Assembly (NCBI RefSeq): GCF_009914755.1
Contig: NC_060928.1
From: the human T2T-CHM13v2.0 reference genome, Homo sapiens
DNA: 64,000 nucleotides
Strand: one strand, 5' to 3'
Below, piece by piece: positions 34,613-64,000 of this stretch. The first letter of the stretch is position 1, and every line of letters begins with the position of its first letter. The notes beneath the pieces were generated by a model. The model ran no database searches. It was given only the letters and a program-made list of their open reading frames with translations, and had not been told where the DNA came from. The position numbers and the translations under genes are program-made.

Positions 34613-35649
34613 ACCATTAATTTGAACCAAATATCTTTTACACATTCATTTGCTCTTTGGAATCAATTTCCCCCCTTTTTGCCAAGGTGCGGGGTTCTTA
34701 TCTGCCTCACGTTGAGTGTATTTTGCATTGGTGTGTGTTCAGGAAGTTTCCATGTCCTAAATCCAGCAAGCATGTGAGAGGCTGTTCTTGGAGCACAGCC
34801 ACAAGCCCAAGCCCTGGAGTCCCTAAGAGAGCAGAGTCTACTCTGAGAGGCAAGGTTGACCAAGGAGCTGTCTGCTCAGCTCGGCCAGTCTCTCAGAGGT
34901 GCTGGGGGTGCTGCTCTGAGTGGGATGGACTGAGATTGCCCTGGAAACCTTGCACTGCAGCACCCCCCTTTGCCCCTGACCACCTAGATACAAAATTTGC
35001 CCTCTGAGTGGGAGTCAGCACTGGGAGTGCATGGATATGCCAGCCACTGCCACAGGCGAGCAGTGCCAGCAAAGCCACAAGGAGGGAATGGGCTTGGCAG
35101 TGTGGCCAAGCTCTCCCTTTGCCTCTGCCCTCTGTACCTATCCAGCTGTCCCCAGGGACTAGAAAGGCTAACATGCTGGCTGCCTGGGTCCCAAAGGCCT
35201 ACCATCCAGTGCAGTTTGCTTACCATGCTCCTGGCACTGCACTTTTGGCTCTGTGGGCAGTGAGACAGACATCATGGAACATGTTTACAGAGGAGACAGT
35301 CCCCCAGGCCACTGGAAAATTGAAACTGATGAGGGTGGGGTACGGGAAACCAGGAGATCCAGCAGGAAGAAGTTGAAGCTGTCCAGAAAGCTCTCTCTGA
35401 ATAAGGGCTGCTAAGTTGCCATCTTCAAGGTCCAGAAAGCTCTCTAGGGAAAGAGGAAAGAATTCCAGAGACCCCAGGCCAGGCCTGTGAAAGTTATGAG
35501 AAAGAGCTTCTTGCTGGCATACAGTAGGGTCTGCAGGCTCCCCGATACCTAAAGGCATTGGACCAGACACTTCTGGTGGCTACCCAGGGCCTGGCAGTTC
35601 TTTACCCCAGGAGCAAGCCTAGGGGAGGCAGGGAGCAGTGTATCCCTAA

Positions 35650-36162
<513 letters not shown>

Positions 36163-36372
36163 TAGAGACGGGGGTCTCATCACGTTGCCCATCCTGGTCT
36201 TTAACTCCTCGCCTCAGGCGATACTCCTACCTCAGCCTCCCAAAGGTGCTGGAATTAAAAGTGTGCGCCACCGCGCCCAGCCTAGCCCAGTACATTATTA
36301 TTACACACAAATGGTGTTTGTGTTTTAGTGTTTCATCAAGAAAGATGTTTGCTGTAGGTTCTAGTTAGATAA

Positions 36373-36702
<330 letters not shown>

Positions 36703-37025
36703 TGAGCCATGACACCTAGTGGCATTTGTCTTCAATTTCTGTTTTTTGTTTTTGTTTTTTTTTAACGAGACAGATTCTTGCTCTGTTGCCAAGGCTGGAG
36801 TGCAGTGGCACAATCTCGGCTTACTGCAACCTCCACCTCGGGGTTCAAGCGATTCTCCTGCCTCAGCCTCCTGAGTAGCTAGGCATGCACCAGCACGCCT
36901 GGCTAGTTTTTGTATTTTTAGTAGAGACAGGGTTTCTCTATTTTTGTTTTTGGTCACAAGTGAATGTTCAATCTTACCAGTCCTTTTTCTGCTTCTATTG
37001 AGACAAGATTTGTTTGCCTCTCTAA

Positions 37026-39799
<2,774 letters not shown>

Positions 39800-40104
39800 T
39801 ATTTGATTTTCTAGCAGACACTATACTTGCATTTCTCTGATAACTTCACCCTATTCATGATACTTTGTCCTTCTATATGTTTGTTTGTTTGTTTTTGTTT
39901 TGTTTGTTTGTTTTTTTTGAGATGGAGTAGCTGGGATTACAAGCACCCGCCACCATGCCCGGCTAATTTTTGTATTTTCAGTAGAAACGGGGTTTCACCA
40001 TGTTGGCCAGGCTACTCTTGAACTCCTGACCTCAGATGATCTGCTGTCCTTGGCCTCCCAAAGTGCTGGGCTTACAGGCGTGAGCCACCATGCCTGGTCA
40101 CTAC

Positions 40105-40260
40105 TGTACATTTCAAGACCCCCAGTGGATGCCTGAAACCTCAGTACCAAATTGTATATATATTGGTTTTTTCTTATACGTATGTACTTACACATGATAA
40201 AGTTTAATTTACAAATTAGGCACAGTAAGAGGTTAGCAACTAATAAAATATTGTATATGT
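40105..40260. mobile_element. TcMar-Tigger fragment (MER44/Tigger7-like)
   Basis: caagacccccagtggatgcctgaaacc...tgataaagtttaatttacaaattaggcacagtaagag resembles this family; subfamily uncertain. Confidence 0.55.
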
Positions 40261-40262
40261 AG

Positions 40263-40496
<234 letters not shown>

Positions 40497-40863
40497 TGAT
40501 CCACCTGCCTCGGCCTCCCAAAGTGCTAGGATTACAGGCGTGAGTCACTGTGCCCAGCGCAGTACTTTCTTTTCCAGTGTTTTGTGTGTGTTTTGTAGAG
40601 ACAGGGTCTCACTATGTTGCCCAGGCTGGTATTGAGCTCCTGGCCTCCAGCAATCCTCCTGAATATGGTCTGAAAATATTTCATTGTAGTGTGTGCTATG
40701 AGTAACTGTGTTCTCAAAGCAAAAACATAGAAAGCGGTGTACTGCTGTATTATATTTTAAGATTCATTAATGTTTGTAGTTCATTTTTCTCACTGTATAT
40801 TATTTTATTAGATGGATATGCTTCAATTTATCCACTATTTGGGTCATTTAAGTTTTGGGGCTA

Positions 40864-41170
<307 letters not shown>

Positions 41171-41294
41171 AAGTTTTGGGGCTAATAGCCAAAAAATGAG
41201 CGTTCTGTGTGTCTCTTTTGGTGCAGTTTTGCTCGCATATCTAATGGATATATACTTAAAAGTGAAATTACTGGACTATAGAGTACGAACATAC

Positions 41295-50307
<9,013 letters not shown>

Positions 50308-50439
50308 TGATCTCCTGACCTCATGATCCGCCCACCTCAGCCTCCCAAAGTGTTGGGATTACAGGCGTGAGCCACTGTGCCTGGCCAAAGAATGCATTAT
50401 TTTAAAAACGTTTTTGTTATATAAATTCTTTTTATTTTG

Positions 50440-52760
<2,321 letters not shown>

Positions 52761-53296
52761 TGTTTTTTTTTTTTTTTTTTTGAGGCAGAGTCTCACTCGA
52801 TCTTGGCTCACTGCAACCACCACCTTCCAGGTTCAAGCAATTTTCCCGCCTCTGCCTCCCAAGTAGCTGGGATTATAGGTGCTTGCCACCACGCCCGGCT
52901 AATTTTTGTATTTTTAGTAGAGATGGGGTTTCTCCATGTTGGCCAGGCTGGTCCCAAACTCCTGACCTCAGGTGATTCGCCCACCTCGGCCTCCCAAAGT
53001 GCTAGGATTACAGGCATGAGCCACCAGGCCCGGCCTGTCATTATTTTTATTCTTTTCTTTCTTTCGTTTTGTTTTGAGTTTTTGAGACGGAGTCTCGCTC
53101 TGTGGCCCAGGCTGGAGTGCAGTGGCTTGATCTGGGCTCACCGAAAGCTCCGCCTCCCAGGTTCACGCCATTCTCCTGCCTCAGCCTCCTGAGTAGCTGG
53201 GACTACAGGCATCCGCCACCAGGCCCGGCTAATTTTTTGTATTTTCAGTAGAGACGGGGTTTCACCGTGTTAGCCAGGATGGTCTCAATCTCCTGA

Positions 53297-53658
<362 letters not shown>

Positions 53659-55409
53659 TAATGGTCATTATTGTCATTCATTGATTCAGCAAATAGTAGA
53701 GTGCTGGGTGCTCAGCCTCTTGCTTTGCAGTAGCTTGGGTGTCAGAGGTGTGTGAGGCAGGCATTCTCAGGTTCTCTCCTGCCCAATAAAACCTTTTGTC
53801 TTTGGGGATACTGGTGACATCATGAATCCCAATCCTGTGCAATGTGCTATGACAAAGGAAAGGACAGGGGTTGAGGCAAGGGGCAGGGACAGCCTATGAC
53901 ACTGAAAAAGAGGCCAGAAACGCATTCCTACCCGCTCTCTCAAAATCCATGTTCAGTGGCAGGATCATCCAAGACCCTGATGGGGCGGGGGGCCTTTTTT
54001 CGTCTAAGATGGTATCTGAATGGCTTTAAGGGTAGCTTTCTTCTGATCACATGAGATTTCTGCTTGTGTCATGAAGAATGGGTCAGAGGATCAGGAGGCT
54101 GTGGCTGCAGCTGGGGCGGGTTGCGGGGACCCAGGACGAACAGTAGAGCTCGGTTAACGCTGCAAGGGGAGCCTGGCAGGCCGTACATCCCAATGCCAAG
54201 CCCGCCGCCTCTCGGCCTGACACCACCGGTGGAACCAAAAAGGGGAAATCATGTCCTTTGTGCCTCTGTGTCTGTGGTAAGCGGGGCCCTCCAGGGGGCG
54301 GAGCCGCCGGCAGGGTCCCCCCGTGGCCCGGGTCTCAGGGCAGAGCTCTGCCTGGGGCTCGCAGATGTCTGCAAGGCCGCGGAGGGAGGAGGGTCCAGAC
54401 GCAAGCCCTTATTTCTGATCTGGACGTCTGCGAGGGTCTGACCCGGCTAGTCGTCCCCGAGGTGCGTGAGTGCGAGGGTGTGGGACACGGCCGGATCGTC
54501 CTAGGGCCCCGTGGATTAGCAAGGCACCGGGACCACTGGAGAGGGCTTAACGGGATAGCAGGGAGAGGGCGGGCTCGGGAAGAGCACCCTTTAGGCGAGG
54601 GGTTCTCGGGGAACCGACCGGCGTGTCCCACCCCCAGGCCCGGTCCAAGATTCGCCGGCTCCGCCGCTGCCTCCGCACCCAGGCGGACCCCACCGCACCG
54701 CGCCCGGCTTTCCAGCGCTGCCCGAACCCCCGCCCAGCCCACGAGGCAGGGATTCTGTGGTCCTCACTGAGTCATCTGGACCAGAACTAGACTAGCCCAA
54801 GGTCACCGGGCGTTCCTGGCGAGGCCAGGGCCGCGCCGCGCCGCCCCTGGTGCATCCCGGGAGCCGCGCCGGTCTGCGGCACCTGGGCGGCGGACAGGGG
54901 CGCGGGCGAGGCGGGCGGGGCGGGCGGGCAGCGGACACCGGTCAGAGAGGCGGAACTCCCTGCCGCCAGCCGTGTAGTTTGCCTCGCGGGCGGCGGCGCG
55001 GCCTCCTGCCGGCCTAGCCCTACGCCCGACCACAACGCCCAGAAGGCCGCGCGGCGCGGGCGGGACCTGCGGCGACGAGCGAGGCGGTGACATCACCGCC
55101 GCATCCAGCTCCCTGGCCCCAGCTCCTCCCAGCGCCCGGGCCCTCGGCCTCGCAAGGCCTGACGGGAATCGTGGTCCACCCCCGGGTACCCCCAGCTGCT
55201 GCACGGGCAGCACGGACTTCAGTTCCCGGCGTGTCCTGCGCGCCGAGGCACGTTAACGGCAGGAGGGGGTGGGCAAGCAAAGGGAAAAGCAGAGCCGGGG
55301 GGCGGAGTAAGGCGGGGTGGGGGTGGGGGGTGGGGGCCCACACCCCTCCCCCTCCCCGCTGCTCCTTCCCCCTCCCCCGACGTAAACTGGGATCCCTTTC
55401 CCCTTGTGT

Positions 55410-55419
55410 CCGCCATATT
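55410..55419 (+). promoter_or_regulatory. YY1 consensus site near the probable TSS
   Basis: CCGCCATATT matches CCGCCATNTT, ~250 nt upstream of the ATG. Confidence 0.6.
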
Positions 55420-55660
55420 GGACTCTAACTCTGGTCAGCCGCGGCGCCGGGACTGTGGACTCGCGGTTCCTCCCGCCCAGCGGCCTGCCCCGCAGCTCCC
55501 GCCCGCCCCAGCCCTCCCCGACCCGGACGCGACCCCGCGCAGCGCCCCCCGGCTGGCCGGAGCGCCCGCCGCCGCGGCCGCCTCAGCCTCCCCGCCTTCC
55601 CCGCCCTCCGCCGCCGCCCGCGGCCCCCGCGCCCGCTCTGCGCCCCTCTCCCCGCCCGCC

Positions 55661-55915
55661 ATGAGCCCAGCCGACGCCAAGCGCGGGGCCAAGCGCCGGA
55701 AGAACAAGCGGGGCGGCGGCGGCGGCTCGGGCGGGGGTAACGGCGGCGCGAGCAGCGGCAAGGCCGGCCCGGCGGCGGCGCTGCGCGGTTCCCAGGCCGC
55801 GGGCCTGGCGGCCCCGGGCAGCGCGGCAGGCCTGGTGGGCGGCGCGGCGGCGGCCAACGGGCCTCTCGGCGCGGGCGCGAGCGCGGGCGGCGCCGCCCCC
55901 GGAGGCTACTTCGAG
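55661..55915 (+). CDS. FAM193A: FAM193A first coding exon (MSPADAKRGAKRRKNKRGGGGGSGGGNGG...APGGYFE, 85 codons); gene continues beyond the window
   Basis: Kozak cccgccATG at 55661 in a CpG island, open frame to a strong donor GAG|gtaagc at 55916, phase 0. Name from the recalled N-terminus and known adjacency to RNF4 on 4p16.3. Confidence 0.8.
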
Positions 55916-56939
55916 GTAAGCGGCGGCAGCGGGCAGGGGTCGATGGCGGTACGCGGTTGCCGTTCCCTCGCGCCTTGGCGGAGCTCGGCCTCCCGCTGTC
56001 GGCCCCGGGCCTGGGAGCGGGATGCTGCGGGCGGGCGGATAACGGGTCCTGCGGCGCTGCGCTTGCCGAGGTCCCGGGGCAGGGCGGCAGGTGGGCCGTG
56101 CTCGGCGTGACGCGGCCTCTGTCAGCCTCTTGAGAGGAGAACCTGAGCAGAGGCGGCGGGAGGGCTACACCGGGGCCGCCGCTCACGGCGACGGGCTGGT
56201 CCGCAGGCTGGAGCAGCCCCTCAACGGGCGGGGACGTCTCCGGGGTGCAGCTCCGCGCACGGCGCTTCGCCTTCCGCTGGACCCGGCGGGTGATACCCGC
56301 GAGGCCCGGGCTTCTGTCGTGGCGCCTCGCCCGCTGCGGCGGTTCCAGAGCGACTGCGATTCCGGGAGTGAGCAAAGCTGCCCTTTCGCTCCCAGGGCTT
56401 TGAAATGTTTCTCTGGCCACCTTCGTTATTCCGTGCGCGTGATGATTGAGAAGGGCCTCCCGGAAGTTTTCCTTTGGTCCTCCTATGTGGTTATTTGAAA
56501 TCTACCTGACAGCCACCTGGAGCTGGCAGCCCTGGCCCCTCCTCCCCCGCTTTGTTAAGTTTTCAGGGGTATTTAGTGGTTTGGTTACTCAGGTATGTAT
56601 TTAGGGTTCGAACTTAAGGAATTTGAAAGGTGATTTTTTTCAGTTTTGTTTATGAAGACAGCTAGCACACATTGCACCTACCAATTATGGATTCCTGCCA
56701 CTTTTATTCAACCGTTGGTCACAACATTTCAGAGGGTACACTATTTATAAGTGGGTATGCAATTGGCGCAGTCATTTCCAGTTATCCCATTGTCTGCTGA
56801 AAGAGAATAGATTTTTTTTGAAAAGTTGCGTTCTTATAATGTTATTTAAACTCTTAAATTATGTAGTTTTAAAGATATTGCAATTAAAAAATGAAAGAAG
56901 CGTTGGGAGTATTTTTGTGCTAAATCATGACACAAATTG

Positions 56940-64000
<7,061 letters not shown>

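Larger units (their letters stand above)
32595..34630 (+). other. RNF4: RNF4 3'UTR (~2 kb, Alu-free; 3' end approximate)
   Basis: Unique sequence from the stop codon to just past the AATAAA at 34607-34612, followed by U-rich sequence. Confidence 0.8.
54110..56470. promoter_or_regulatory. CpG island / FAM193A promoter
   Basis: Very high GC and CpG density, many GC boxes (ggggcggg), Alu-free, spans the first coding exon. Confidence 0.92.

Noticed and set aside
54064-56498. Long overlapping ORFs on both strands in the CpG island (e.g. 55425..56420 -, 331 aa)
   Set aside because: Stop codons are scarce in very GC-rich DNA; products are R/P/G/A-rich with no recognisable domain. Only 55661-55915 has a Kozak ATG and splice donor.

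Overview
Human (primate) genomic DNA, very Alu-rich, with no prokaryote-type system. The + strand carries the complete coding sequence of RNF4, the SUMO-targeted RING E3 ubiquitin ligase. Its 7 coding exons (9266-9274, 15783-15897, 19437-19516, 30731-30740, 31213-31372, 31858-31906, 32445-32594) all have GT-AG boundaries and splice to 573 nt = 190 aa + stop, followed by a ~2 kb 3'UTR. About 18 kb of intergenic DNA follows, made of Alus nested into an old Tigger3 transposon and L1M fragments, and including a human-specific AluYb8. Next come a CpG island with the first coding exon of FAM193A (55661-55915) and the start of its Alu-rich first intron. Gene names, exon numbering and repeat subfamily names come from recognition of the sequence, not from a database search. 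The most interesting signals are regulatory: a frame-critical 10-nt micro-exon next to a MIR-derived 61-bp VNTR, two overlapping uORFs that an internal acceptor could remove, an antisense solo LTR with p53-like half-sites, and a miR-25/92 8mer overlapping a proximal AATAAA. Nearly all ORFs in the supplied track are Alu-derived or GC-rich artefacts.
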